NCBI GenBank assembly: GCA_963662465.1
Contig: OY759599.1
Coordinates: 6,720,001 to 6,784,000 of the forward strand
DNA length: 64,000 bases
Source of the DNA: Desulfatiglandales bacterium
GTDB taxonomy: Bacteria; Desulfobacterota; DSM-4660; Desulfatiglandales; Desulfatiglandaceae
Direction of reading: 5' to 3'
The position numbers were made by a program, and so were the translations under genes. Shown here in pieces: positions 21,187 to 31,510 of the stretch (its first letter is position 1; the number at the start of each line of letters is the position of its first letter). The notes under the pieces are model-generated. The model saw only the letters and a program-made list of their open reading frames with translations, did not search any database and had not been told where the DNA came from.

Positions 21187-23100
21187 TCATTTCAATCCTG
21201 CTTTGTGAAGACCCACTGTTAACTGTTTCCGGATAGCCTCATCTTTATAAGATGCAACAAGATGGCTGATACACGCGAAAGAAAAATCTGGATTTATTTC
21301 TATCACTTTCGACACTTCAAAACGAGTGCCGTCTTCGTCTCCCAAAATCGCATAAACAAAAGCAAGAAATATGTGACCATATAAAAATTTTGGTGCAATT
21401 TGAATTGCACTTTCAAACGCAGAAATCGCTTCATCATACCTGCCGAGTCTCGTATAAGCCCTTCCAAGAACGGTAAAATACCAGGGAGGAGGTAAAGGAT
21501 TTAATCGAAGTGCTTTTTTCAGTGATGTTAGTGCTTCATTAAATTGGCCAATTTTGAATAGATAATAGCACCGAATTACGTAAATGTCCGGCCAATTGGG
21601 ATCCATTTTGATGGCCTTATCGAACTGTTCTAAAGCTTTCTCATCCTTTCCCACAAAAGTATAAACAGCGCCCATTGTTTCGTGAGCAAAAGGACAGGAG
21701 TTATTTACGGTTAGAGCTTTTTGGGCGAGTTCAAATGCTTTTCCGATTGATTCCTTCGGAGTTTTACTCACGCACATTCCCACTTCGGCCAAATAGCCCC
21801 AAGCGAGATAGGCATATGCTGCCCCATAGTTTGGATCTAGTTCGATGGCTTCCTGGCATTTTTGCATGGATAATTTGTTTCCCTCCACATCCCCCTGCCA
21901 ACCGTAATACATAGCCTCAATGAACTTTAAATAAGCACCAACATTATTTGTTCCTCTCGCGCAAGGACCTACACCGATGCCACCAATTATCTTGATATGA
22001 AGAGATTGCGATATTTTTAATGCAATTTCATCTTGTAGGTCGAATATATCGTTAATATTGCGGTCATAAGTCTCCGCCCAAAGATGATTGCCATTCTTAG
22101 TATCAATGAACTGGGCCGTCACACGTATCCGATCCCCAGATTTCTGAATGCTTCCTTCAAGTACATAATGAACATTTAGTTGCTGTCCCAATTCTTTAAT
22201 ATTTACGGGCTTGCCCTTAAAGGTAAAGGTCGTGTTACGGGCGGTAACGGAAAGGTCTGGAATTTTGGCAAGTACAGTAATGATATGCTCTGTGAAACCA
22301 TCGCAAAGATATTGTTGTTTTGGATCGCCAACCATATTGGTGAAAGGCAGAACAGCGATAGAATTCTTCTCAGACATTGGGTTCAGCGGTTTTTTCGCCG
22401 AATCAGACGAAATGCTTTTGAGGGGTGATTTAGCGTCTGTTGGAAGTGAGTTTTGGTTTGGATAAAGACGCCAAAATGCAAGAGCAGCTCCGAGGATTAC
22501 AAGAACAACCATCACCACGACTTTTTTTCTCCCCAATTTCAATTTTCTTTCCGGTTCTGCAGCATCCTCGTGATCTAAGGATATCTTGTAAACCTTTATC
22601 GGTTTAGCGATATTCTTTACTGTGTGCTTACCAATAAAATGAAATCCTAATTCCAACTTGTTTTCGATTTGCTCATAACCGCTTCCAGAAATACAGATTC
22701 CACCACCATCAGCCAATGATTCGATCCTAGCAGCAATGTTTACTCCGTCACCGTAAATGCGATCAGCATCTTGAATAACATCGCCAAGGTTTATGCCCAT
22801 TCTGAAAATCATCCTGCGATTTTCAGGCAGTTCCTCATTCTTGTCCTTCAGAGCTTTCTGGATTTCAACCGCACACTGGACAGCATCCACTACACTGGCG
22901 AATTCAGAAAGAATATTGTCACCGGGAGAATCCACCACACGCCCGCTGTGCCTTTGGACGATTGCAGAGAAAATTTCGCGGTATTCAGTAATGGTTTTGA
23001 CCGTGGCAATCTCATCGTCGCCCATGAGGCGACTATAGCCTTGAACATCTGCGCTAAGTATGGCTCTGAGTTTTCTTACAACTCTATTTGGTTCCATCAC
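21187..23100 (-). CDS. Class III adenylate/guanylate cyclase with TolB-like and TPR domains
   Basis: ILSADVQGYSRLM, GD, FRMGINLGD, YGDGVNIAARIE, SIAVLPF, TPR repeats. Confidence 0.9.
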   Translation of the reverse strand: MMEPNRVVRKLRAILSADVQGYSRLMGDDEIATVKTITEYREIFSAIVQRHSGRVVDSPGDNILSEFASVVDAVQCAVEIQKALKDKNEELPENRRMIFRMGINLGDVIQDADRIYGDGVNIAARIESLADGGGICISGSGYEQIENKLELGFHFIGKHTVKNIAKPIKVYKISLDHEDAAEPERKLKLGRKKVVVMVVLVILGAALAFWRLYPNQNSLPTDAKSPLKSISSDSAKKPLNPMSEKNSIAVLPFTNMVGDPKQQYLCDGFTEHIITVLAKIPDLSVTARNTTFTFKGKPVNIKELGQQLNVHYVLEGSIQKSGDRIRVTAQFIDTKNGNHLWAETYDRNINDIFDLQDEIALKISQSLHIKIIGGIGVGPCARGTNNVGAYLKFIEAMYYGWQGDVEGNKLSMQKCQEAIELDPNYGAAYAYLAWGYLAEVGMCVSKTPKESIGKAFELAQKALTVNNSCPFAHETMGAVYTFVGKDEKALEQFDKAIKMDPNWPDIYVIRCYYLFKIGQFNEALTSLKKALRLNPLPPPWYFTVLGRAYTRLGRYDEAISAFESAIQIAPKFLYGHIFLAFVYAILGDEDGTRFEVSKVIEINPDFSFACISHLVASYKDEAIRKQLTVGLHKAGLK

Positions 23101-23229
23101 CGGCCTCCAAGATAATTGAGACTGAAAAAAAGACTATGAGCAGGGCTGTACATATGGATTGTATCTATAATACGAAACGAATCTATAAATGCCAAATACC
23201 AAATTTGGGGGTTCTACGTCTTTGAAGGC

Positions 23230-25353
23230 TCTCACGGTAGGAACGCCGGTCACCCAGCGCCCCCCGCACAGTCCCGGACGTGCGGTTTTCCCGCATCCGG
23301 TTCCTCGGTTGTACTCGCTTTCGCGCAAAGCATCAGCATTAGCAAAACACCTTTCGTGGCCGGGGTGCCGTCGGTAGCTTCGGTTTGGCGATCCCCAGGC
23401 GATTTATGGCCCGGTTGAAAGCCTTCCAGGTGAAACTTCTCCGCTTACCCCCTCTTCGGTTCAGCCACTTAAACGCACAATCACTCGCCCATCGGTAAAA
23501 ACGCCATAACGAATTGGCGTTCCCCACCACGCTGTAATAGTTGTAATGTCCGCGCAGTTTGCGGTTGAGCGTCTTTATGAACGCAATCCCCTTCAAATGT
23601 CGGTTTTCCTTCACCCATTCCTTGATGCGCCTGCAGGCACCCTGCAGCTTTTTACGGCCGGTGCGCTGCATGACTCTCACCTTTCCCTGTTTGTCATAGG
23701 TCCAGTAGGTCTCAAAACCCAAAAAGACAATCCGCCTGCGCATGCTCGGATCAAAACGACTGAATCGCATCATGGCGGTTTTATCAGGCGCTACACTGAG
23801 GCCAAACTTCAAAAGCCTTTCGGGCAGCACGTGGAAAAACCCTTTTGCCTCTTTTTTGTACTGAAAAGCACAGACAAAATCATCTGCGTACCGAATGATC
23901 ATGGCGGCCCCTTTACAGTGGGGCTTCACCACCTTTTCAAACCATAAGTCAAGGGCAAAATGCAGGTAGACATTGGCCAAAACCGGCGATACAATCCCCC
24001 CTTGGGGAGTACCGCTGTCCGGATGGATAATTTTGCCATCCGTATCCAGAATGCCGGCTTTAAGCCATTTTTGGATCAGATTTAAAAACGGCGCATCATC
24101 AACTCTTTCCATGAGCATTCGCATCAGCCAATCATGGTCCATATGGTCGAAAAAGCCTTTGATATCGGCCTCGACGACATATCCATATGATCCAAACTGA
24201 AGTTCAAAACGCAAATCATTGACAGCGTCTTTTGCGCTTCGGTTGGGCCTGTAACCATAGCTGACATTCAGAAAGTCAGCTTCGAATATGGCTGTCAGGA
24301 GTTTGGCACATGCCAATTGCACCAACCGGTCTTCAAGGGCCGGAATGCCCAAGGGGCGTTGTTTGCCGTTTTCTTTGGGGATGTAACTTCTGCGTACCAG
24401 TTTGGCACGGTAACGTCTGGTTTTCAATCGCTCCGCCAATGACGCGATATTGGCCTCAAGATTTCCTTCGTAGGCCTCGGCCGTCACTTTGTCCACACCA
24501 CTGGCTGCATCCTTATTCAGGTCTTTCCAGCAGGCACGGAGAAACGGCGCGTTCAGACACCGGTAAAGGTCTTGAAAGCGGTGTTTTCCATCAACTTTTG
24601 CCTTAATGGCTATTCCCTGCAGTGAGGTTGGCTCGTATTGTTCCAGCCCTACATTGTCCGGTGCGAGTTTCCTTTGCAGACTGCGTACTTCCGTCAGGTC
24701 CTTCCCCATGTGGTGGGCTTTCCCCACCGCTGAGTAGTATGCCTGATAAGACACCCCATTGGCGTATAGAGGGCCATCGGAGGTCCGATTTTCCTCCCAC
24801 CCGGTTGTTCCTTTCAGCATTTCGGCTGTGTAGTGAACCACTGTTACTTTACCTCACCGTCAGTGTGAAATAAACTCCCTGGAGCCTTTGGGGCTTCCCG
24901 AGTTCTACGGCGCATCTCTTCCTGCATGCCACGGCCTGAGGACTCCGGCGGACCTCCACATCCTCGCCATAAACGGATGCTTCCGTGTTGCCTTCGGTGA
25001 ACGTTCAAACCCTCGGCGTCCGCAATTGCTATTTCGAAGCTGTACCAGCACTTCAGGGTGCGCGATCACCCCTGCGGCCTACAGGATACTCTGCCTACGC
25101 TTAACCCATCTTGTTCGCTGCTTCCACCGTTAGGTGGGGTGAGTCCATCCGCCTATTTGCTCATCCCTGAGCGCGGCTCGTTTCCAACCAGCATATGAAT
25201 GCCGATGTCCTACACCTGACAGACTGAACAACTCCGCCATGGGTCCAAGGCTCGATACGGGTGGGTGGCTAACCCTTACAGAAAGCCATTACTGATTTTC
25301 CTCCCGACAGGGACTTTCACCCTGCAAGATACGCCGAGCTTTCCTCGGCGCGA
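23230..25353 (-). mobile_element. Group II intron (class E-like) inserted in attC R'
   Basis: 5' end TCGCGCCGAGGAAAGCTCGGCG; DV GAGGAACCGGATGCGGGAAAACCGCACGTCCGGGACTG; 3' CCTACCGTGAGA; removal restores GTTCGCC; ends accurate to +/-1 nt. Confidence 0.82.
23339..24841 (-). CDS. Group II intron reverse transcriptase/maturase (no endonuclease domain)
   Basis: RPLGIP, DIKGFFD, GTPQGG, RYADD, LRGHYNYY; the true start is probably later than 24841. Confidence 0.92.
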   Translation of the reverse strand: MVHYTAEMLKGTTGWEENRTSDGPLYANGVSYQAYYSAVGKAHHMGKDLTEVRSLQRKLAPDNVGLEQYEPTSLQGIAIKAKVDGKHRFQDLYRCLNAPFLRACWKDLNKDAASGVDKVTAEAYEGNLEANIASLAERLKTRRYRAKLVRRSYIPKENGKQRPLGIPALEDRLVQLACAKLLTAIFEADFLNVSYGYRPNRSAKDAVNDLRFELQFGSYGYVVEADIKGFFDHMDHDWLMRMLMERVDDAPFLNLIQKWLKAGILDTDGKIIHPDSGTPQGGIVSPVLANVYLHFALDLWFEKVVKPHCKGAAMIIRYADDFVCAFQYKKEAKGFFHVLPERLLKFGLSVAPDKTAMMRFSRFDPSMRRRIVFLGFETYWTYDKQGKVRVMQRTGRKKLQGACRRIKEWVKENRHLKGIAFIKTLNRKLRGHYNYYSVVGNANSLWRFYRWASDCAFKWLNRRGGKRRSFTWKAFNRAINRLGIAKPKLPTAPRPRKVFC

Positions 25354-25354
25354 G

Positions 25355-25478
25355 AACGTTTTAGTTAACAGGCGAACGGGCAAGAAAGAAATATGCGACC
25401 AATCCACCCGGAAGCGTGATACGGAAAAATCAATTTCAATTTGCTCCAATGACCAGTTTGCCTGTTCAACGGCTGGTT
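25355..25478 (-). repeat. attC site (divergent, long)
   Basis: AAC-GTTTTA-GTTAACAGGCGAAC...GTTTGCCTGTTCAAC-GGCTG-GTT. Confidence 0.75.
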
Positions 25479-26985
25479 GGACAGACCCGCGGGTCACACG
25501 CACATAGGTTAATGGGAGCAGGATCGCCGCTATGGAGATTAAACGATCTTTGCAGCTACCGCATGACTTCTTTTTGACCCATCATTCCGGCCTAAGCCAG
25601 TTAAAAATGATAAAATTTCTTTTTTTGATCGCATGGTCCCGCTAAAAATGCCAAAATATCGTGTTATTAGGCAGTTTACCAAACACCTCGACATCAAAAA
25701 CCTTTCACTCGACTAAAGACCTTTCGACTGCGCATGCTTAATCTATGCTGCTTGGGCGTGTATCATGTCCTGGACTTTATTGAACCTCGGAAGCTCTCTT
25801 AACTTTTTGACCGGCGTCAATATTTCCAGAGTTATGAGGCGTTTCCCGCAAACAGGGCAACAATCCGGTCGCTCGTCGCTTCGCTGTTGCCAGAGACTCT
25901 GCCAATCCAGGAATCCCAGACTTTCAAGAGGCGGTTGACCCAGTATTTCCCGGCAGAGTGCCAGTTCTTCTTTTGAGCTGTGATGATAGAGTTCGTATGA
26001 ACGCACCATCACGGTATTTGCTAGGGGGACGTGTTGCAGATAGCGGCTGATAAAGGTTTGAATCGGCAGGGAGATGAGTTTTACCTTCTCACGACCGTAA
26101 TTGAAGGTCACGTTCCCGTTTTCAATGCTGTAGATGCGTTTGTTTGAAATTGCTCCGCCTCTCAAGTAACGCGCCAGGTAAATCAACACGCCTTCACCGT
26201 ATGAATAGGTCTCTTTGAGCTTGACGTTCCATTTTTTGCGGCGGCCCAGTTTATTGAAGAGGTTCCGGGCCTGCTGAGGCCCCATACCCTCGGGCAGAAC
26301 CAGTTCGTTCCGATCCAGGGCTTTTCTCAAATAGTAGAGGTACTTGCCTCGAAATACCGCCCGGACGATGCCAAAGGGCAAAAGGAATTTTTTTGATGAA
26401 GCGATCCACTCGCCGGCGATCAGCCCACCGGCCGTTACCAGACAATGCAGATGCGGATGAAAGTCCAGTTTTCGGCTCCAGGTATGCAGTGAGGCGATGA
26501 TGCCGACTTTGCCCCCCAAATGCTTCGGATCTCCAAGGAGTTCGGAAAGGGTTTCAGTGGCGCTTTTGAACAGCAGATTGCCCATAAGCTTGCGGTTCAA
26601 CCGCCATAAGTCGTGCAATTCATCGGAGATGGTGAAAATAACATGGAAATGTTCGGTGTTTAAGATGCGAGCCTTTTGTTTTGCCAGCCAACGTTCCACC
26701 TGGGTAAAAGCGCAGAGGGGGCACATGCGATGTTTACACGAGTTGTACCAGTGCCTTTTGAAGTGACCGTCCGGGCACGCCTGCACGTGACCCCCCAGAG
26801 CAGATGTGCGGCAACTCATCAGACGGTGTGCCGCTTCACGAATATGTTCCGGAAGAAGATGGGTCTGATCATAGAGGGCATAGCCTATAAGAAAGATGCT
26901 CTGAATCGTCGCTTCCACTGAAACCTCCTTTATTTACTGGGAGTTACGACGTTAGTTCCCCCGCTGTCCAGCGGGTCTGTCCAAC
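25476..26985 (-). mobile_element. IS91-like element/cassette bounded by a 15-bp inverted repeat GTTGGACAGACCCGC
   Basis: IR at 25476-25490 and 26971-26985, coinciding with attC R boxes. Confidence 0.75.
25743..26918 (-). CDS. IS91-family (Y2 HUH) rolling-circle transposase
   Basis: CRT..LGG, NSCKHRMCPLC zinc domain, HVIFTI, LHTW, HPHLH, YLARY. Confidence 0.92.
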   Translation of the reverse strand: MEATIQSIFLIGYALYDQTHLLPEHIREAAHRLMSCRTSALGGHVQACPDGHFKRHWYNSCKHRMCPLCAFTQVERWLAKQKARILNTEHFHVIFTISDELHDLWRLNRKLMGNLLFKSATETLSELLGDPKHLGGKVGIIASLHTWSRKLDFHPHLHCLVTAGGLIAGEWIASSKKFLLPFGIVRAVFRGKYLYYLRKALDRNELVLPEGMGPQQARNLFNKLGRRKKWNVKLKETYSYGEGVLIYLARYLRGGAISNKRIYSIENGNVTFNYGREKVKLISLPIQTFISRYLQHVPLANTVMVRSYELYHHSSKEELALCREILGQPPLESLGFLDWQSLWQQRSDERPDCCPVCGKRLITLEILTPVKKLRELPRFNKVQDMIHAQAA

Positions 26986-27060
26986 GACAAGCTCAGCGGT
27001 CCCTCCACCGGCCCCCGCCAGAACCGCAAGACTTCCAGGGGTCCGCTGAAGCGTTTGGTT
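26983..27060 (-). repeat. attC site (host family, subtype B)
   Basis: Repeat family match; R'' GCCAAC matches R' GTTGGC at 32327-32332. Confidence 0.88.
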
Positions 27061-27239
27061 GGCGCTCATAAACCTATCTAAACGCACGATATTGATAAAT
27101 AAACAGCCAGCACCTGATTGCATAAATGCCTTCTTACTTTGATGTCACGCAAGTAAAAGGTTGTTGGGTTCCCCAAAGTGTCATTGGGCAACTGGAACTT
27201 CGAAACCCCTGCCTAAAAATAATTCATATTCCTTATTCA

Positions 27240-27761
27240 TCAGAATTGCAGTGAATTTATATATTCATGTGCCTCTTTTAAACTCATTCCTGTTGCTATG
27301 TGCATAAACTTAATTGCAGCAACCTTTCTATCAGCAGCGAGAAGTTCACGACTTTTTGCATCTAAATCTTCTTTCGAAAGTCTTTCAGAGGAGTCTTCAC
27401 CTAATATATTATTTATCGAATTTTCTTTATCCTGTTTGTCAATATAATCCTTTGCTTCTTGCAAACTCATTGTCGTGTTTTGATGCATAAACGCAATTGC
27501 ATCAATTTTTTTTTCTTGTACGCCAAATTGGCGGGCTTTGTTTGAGATGTTTTTTTGTAGCATTCCATGATTTGGTTGGCTTGTAATATCTGCATTCTTT
27601 CTGTCTGGTATACTTTCATTCGCAGGTAAGGTAGATTGATGTAATTGTTCTGCGTATTCTTTGGCGCGTTTTAATCCCCAGCCGGTTTCTGATATTATTA
27701 ACTTGATGGCTTGAATTTTTTTGTCTTCAGACAATAAAGATCTTATTTTCTTATCATCCAT
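27240..27761 (-). CDS. Protein with three ribosomal L7/L12 C-terminal-like repeats
   Basis: KIQAIK..SETGWGLKRAKEY, KIDAIAF..TTMSLQEAKDY, KVAAIKF..ATGMSLKEAHEY. Confidence 0.65.
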   Translation of the reverse strand: MDDKKIRSLLSEDKKIQAIKLIISETGWGLKRAKEYAEQLHQSTLPANESIPDRKNADITSQPNHGMLQKNISNKARQFGVQEKKIDAIAFMHQNTTMSLQEAKDYIDKQDKENSINNILGEDSSERLSKEDLDAKSRELLAADRKVAAIKFMHIATGMSLKEAHEYINSLQF

Positions 27762-27958
27762 TTTAATGTTCCTTCCAAGGGAAAGGGAATATGTAAATGG
27801 CCTTTTGGCTCTGAATTTGCCAACCATTTAATATAGAGGTCTTCCTTAGCAAGGTTTCCGGATACTTCCCATTGTCCTAAAATTTCCTTCATTGCCTTTC
27901 GTTGGTGATGTGACTGAGGGTCCATGGTTATGCCATTTTGATGGTCCTTAGAACGACA

Positions 27959-28246
27959 TTATCGAATTTCAGCTTTAAAATCCTTCAACAATCTTTCCGC
28001 CTTCTCCTTACCGTAATTCCTTACCATTTCATCCCATACAGGTGAATTCCGAATTCGCTTTTGATATTCTTTTGTCATTTGTTTTAATTGTTCTGAAGAA
28101 GGAGCAGAGCTCGGTGAAACAAAATGGATTCCATCATCGTCGGCCCAGGAAATCGACTGATTCAAGGACTGTTTGTGAAGACAACATTTTTTGTATTTTT
28201 GCCCGCTTCCGCATGGACAGGGGTCATTCCTTCTAATTTTTTTCAT
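27959..28246 (-). CDS. SEC-C motif protein
   Basis: [17 protein letters not shown]. Confidence 0.8.
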   Translation of the reverse strand: MKKIRRNDPCPCGSGQKYKKCCLHKQSLNQSISWADDDGIHFVSPSSAPSSEQLKQMTKEYQKRIRNSPVWDEMVRNYGKEKAERLLKDFKAEIR

Positions 28247-28388
28247 TTATCATCACCCTATTCTCCTATGGGTATGGTAGTTGATGTTACCCATCAACTT
28301 GGAGCTCTCTTTTTCGTAGATACCACAGATGTCCTCCTGCCGGGTAGCCGGGGGATGTTGCCATCCCCGAGCCCCCTCAGAACCACTA

Positions 28389-28775
28389 TATAATGCCCAT
28401 CAAAACCAGTTTATAACTTGGGTATATTACCCATTTCACCCAAGAACCGGTGAAGAAATTTATGTGGTAGGTACCAGAAACCATCGTGGAGAAACTTGTT
28501 TTGTAACAAAGAAACCTGATGGTCGCCATGAATTGATACCTGCGTGGATGACCAATCCAAAGTATGAAAAGATATCCCTCGGCTCAAAACCCGCTATCGA
28601 AATCAGGGCGCTTAAGAATTTATATTGCTTAATAGTGAATAGAAAAATACCGTTTCCTCCTGATGAAGTCAATTCGAAAACAAGGAGGAAAGATGACGAA
28701 ACAAAAATATCATCAACTTCGGCTTTGGGATTATTTACCATCACCGATCGAAATTCCAATAGAAACACGAAATAG
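28389..28775 (+). CDS. DUF5372 (Y4bD/Y4pK)-like accessory protein
   Basis: VYYPFHPRTG...PDG...IPAWMT motif typical of ORFs upstream of this recombinase type; start codon unclear. Confidence 0.55.
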   Translation, partial: YNAHQNQFITWVYYPFHPRTGEEIYVVGTRNHRGETCFVTKKPDGRHELIPAWMTNPKYEKISLGSKPAIEIRALKNLYCLIVNRKIPFPPDEVNSKTRRKDDETKISSTSALGLFTITDRNSNRNTK

Positions 28776-29053
28776 ATTGATTGATTTCCTTGCAGAGCTT
28801 CTGTCAGGTTTCTGGCAAAATTCTGAGGGTAACAGAAATAGAAAAGAGAAGTAGTTTCACTAACGTAAAATCGCGGTCTGATATTGGAAGCAGTCAAGAG
28901 ACTGGAGTTGTTGAAGCAAGCAGCTTAATCCGACTCAGAAAAATCGTAACTATAAATCATAAATAGCTTATTTTCCGATAGAAATAGGTGTTTAATTGAA
29001 AAACGTACGCGGTATTCAAAAATATTGGACGAATTTGAAGGTGAAAAGGAGCG

Positions 29054-29260
29054 ATGAAAATGAGAGGTGGGAGTCGAAAAGGCGCTGGTCGAAAAAGGAG
29101 TCCTGAACATCTGAGGCGTATCCCCGTCACGATTCGGTTACGGAAGTGGATGGTTTCACAGATCAAAATGAAAGGCGAGATAGGGTATTTGATTGAACTC
29201 GAATTAGCGACGAAAAAGGGTTTTCTCGACTTACCAGATGATTATCTGGTCGGAAGCTGA
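29054..29260 (+). CDS. Small basic hypothetical protein (RGG.RKGAGRK motif)
   Basis: AGGAG RBS; basic N-terminus then a possible ribbon-helix-helix. Confidence 0.5.
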   Translation: MKMRGGSRKGAGRKRSPEHLRRIPVTIRLRKWMVSQIKMKGEIGYLIELELATKKGFLDLPDDYLVGS

Positions 29261-29416
29261 CTAAGGTGCGGTTATGGTCGCTCTTTTAATGGATATTTCG
29301 GCAGGAGCCACCGGAGCCTTCTATGACCTCGTCGCAGCTTACAATTACTCATATGGGGGTCAAAATTCGGTTGTCGCAAGAGGTCAATTTTCGGTTGACA
29401 TTTCGAGAAAAGAAAG

Positions 29417-31510
29417 GTGGAAATGAGCATGAGCAATAAAATCAATGCTGAACATATTAGTCGGGAAGCATGTATATATATCCGTCAGTCAACACCGGGC
29501 CAAGTTCTACAGCATCGTGAAAGCCAACTTTTACAATATGGCTTGGTAGAAAGGGCAAAAGAATTAGGATGGAACGAGAAAAACATATGGATGATAGATA
29601 GTGATTTGGGAATAACTGCATCGGGATGCGTTGACAGAAAAGGATTCCAGAATCTTCTTTCATCTGTGTGTGAAGGAAGAATAGGGGGTATTTTCTCGAT
29701 TGAATCATCGAGGTTGGCCCGCAACGGTCGAGAGTGGCATACGTTGCTTGAGATCTGTGCACTTAAAAAAACGGTTCTTGTAGATCAAGGAGCTGTTTAT
29801 GACCTAAACGTGTCAAATGATCGTTTGCTCCTGGGCTTAAAGGGAGAAATGAGTGCAATGGAATTGAGCCTATTAAAGGAGCGTTCTCAGGCGGCAATAC
29901 AACAAAAAGCGAAGCGGGGAGAATTATATCTTACTGTACCGGCAGCCTATATAAAGACTAGGGATAATAAGCTGAAAAAGAATCCTGACAAACGAATTCA
30001 AGAAGTCATTGATTTGGTATTCACGAAATTCAAGGAATATGGTACTCTTCGTCGGGTGTATCATTGGTTTTTAGATGAACAGATTGAGATTGCTGTTGTT
30101 TCCAGCGGTAAAGGGGAACGTAGGATAGAGTGGAAACTACCGTCTGCTCATACCTTGTCGCATATAGTGAACAACCCAATTTACGCCGGCGCCTACGTCT
30201 ATGGCCGGACTAAAACAGAGGTAACTTTTGAAAATGGGCGCAAGCGACTGAGGAAGGGTATTCGTAAGGAACAAAAGGATTGGGACGTTTTAATATTGGA
30301 TCACCATGAAGGTTACATCACATGGGAAGAGTACCAGTATAACATGGAGATACTAACTCAAAATACAAATAAGAAAAGGCCGGTGGTGAGAGGAGCTGTT
30401 CGCGGAGGAAAGGCATTGCTTGGAGGTTTGTTAAGATGCGGTCATTGCGGTAGAAAGTTAATTGTACGATACCAAGGCCGTAATGGAACTCATAAACGTT
30501 ATGAGTGTAGCCGCAAACGAGGTAACGAGACAGGAAAGGCGTGTATATCATTTGGTGGATTCCGTGTTGACCGGGCTGTTACGGATTTTCTTTTGAAAGT
30601 ATTATCACCGATAGGATTAGAAGCTTCTTTAGAGGCGATAAAGAAAATCAACCATGAATCGGATTCAGTGAAACGGCAACGGGAACTGGAGTTGGAACAA
30701 GCGCGTTATGAAGCTTTACGGGCAAAACGTCAATACAATGCAGTAGACCCTGATAATCGTTTGGTAGCATCTACATTGGAGAAGGATTGGAATGACGCTC
30801 TTGTTAAGGTAGCAAGATTGGAGAATGAGGTTGACGCCATGGGATCGAACACCCCTTCGCTTTCCCCTGAGGAGGAGACTGAGATCAGAGATCTATCAAA
30901 AGATTTACCTCGTGTATGGAATGATCCGTTTTGCTCTTTGGATTTAAAGAAGCGTATAATCCGGACGGTTATCAAAGAGATCGTTGTTTATTTGGAAGAT
31001 CAAAAGATCAAATTAATCATTCACTGGGAAGGGGGTGAGCATACGGAATTGGAGGTATTGAAGAATAAGTCTTCCAGTTACCCATTGAAAACCGATGTTG
31101 ATACAAAAAAGATAATATCCGATTTGGCTAGAATTATGCCTGATAAACACATCGTGGCCTTTCTCAACCGTGTGGGTACAAAGACTACAAAGGGATATAC
31201 CTGGAATCCGGTAAGGTTGCGTTCATTTCGAAATAGGCATAATATCCCTGTATATCATGAAGGAGAGAGGCAGCGACGAGAAGAATATACGGTAGCTGAA
31301 GCAAGCGAAAGGCTGGGTATTGGCAGCACCAAAGTTTGGAGACTTATACAACATGAGATTCTACCCGCCAAGCGAGTATGTTCCGGTGCTCCATGGATCA
31401 TTTCAAAAAAGGACCTTGAATCTGAAGTGATAAAAAAGGCAGCTCATTCCGGGCTTCCAAAGAGCCCGCTTTCAAGAAACTCAAAACAACAAGTCTTTAA
31501 TTTTCAATAA
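29417..31510 (+). CDS. Large serine recombinase
   Basis: YIRQST catalytic Ser, SRLARN, NPIYAG recombinase domain, LLGGLLRCGHCG zinc ribbon, C-terminal HTH. Confidence 0.93.
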   Translation: MEMSMSNKINAEHISREACIYIRQSTPGQVLQHRESQLLQYGLVERAKELGWNEKNIWMIDSDLGITASGCVDRKGFQNLLSSVCEGRIGGIFSIESSRLARNGREWHTLLEICALKKTVLVDQGAVYDLNVSNDRLLLGLKGEMSAMELSLLKERSQAAIQQKAKRGELYLTVPAAYIKTRDNKLKKNPDKRIQEVIDLVFTKFKEYGTLRRVYHWFLDEQIEIAVVSSGKGERRIEWKLPSAHTLSHIVNNPIYAGAYVYGRTKTEVTFENGRKRLRKGIRKEQKDWDVLILDHHEGYITWEEYQYNMEILTQNTNKKRPVVRGAVRGGKALLGGLLRCGHCGRKLIVRYQGRNGTHKRYECSRKRGNETGKACISFGGFRVDRAVTDFLLKVLSPIGLEASLEAIKKINHESDSVKRQRELELEQARYEALRAKRQYNAVDPDNRLVASTLEKDWNDALVKVARLENEVDAMGSNTPSLSPEEETEIRDLSKDLPRVWNDPFCSLDLKKRIIRTVIKEIVVYLEDQKIKLIIHWEGGEHTELEVLKNKSSSYPLKTDVDTKKIISDLARIMPDKHIVAFLNRVGTKTTKGYTWNPVRLRSFRNRHNIPVYHEGERQRREEYTVAEASERLGIGSTKVWRLIQHEILPAKRVCSGAPWIISKKDLESEVIKKAAHSGLPKSPLSRNSKQQVFNFQ

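Noticed and set aside
27959..28246. Cassette SEC-C motif as a recent copy from the core map gene
   Set aside because: The protein motif is very similar but many synonymous positions differ, which is explained by motif conservation.
28329..28388. N-terminus of ORF 28329-28775, and ORFs at 31522-32008, 23134-23377, 24603-25133, 45384-46265 and 62487-63041
   Set aside because: They overlap structured intron RNA and are judged spurious frames.
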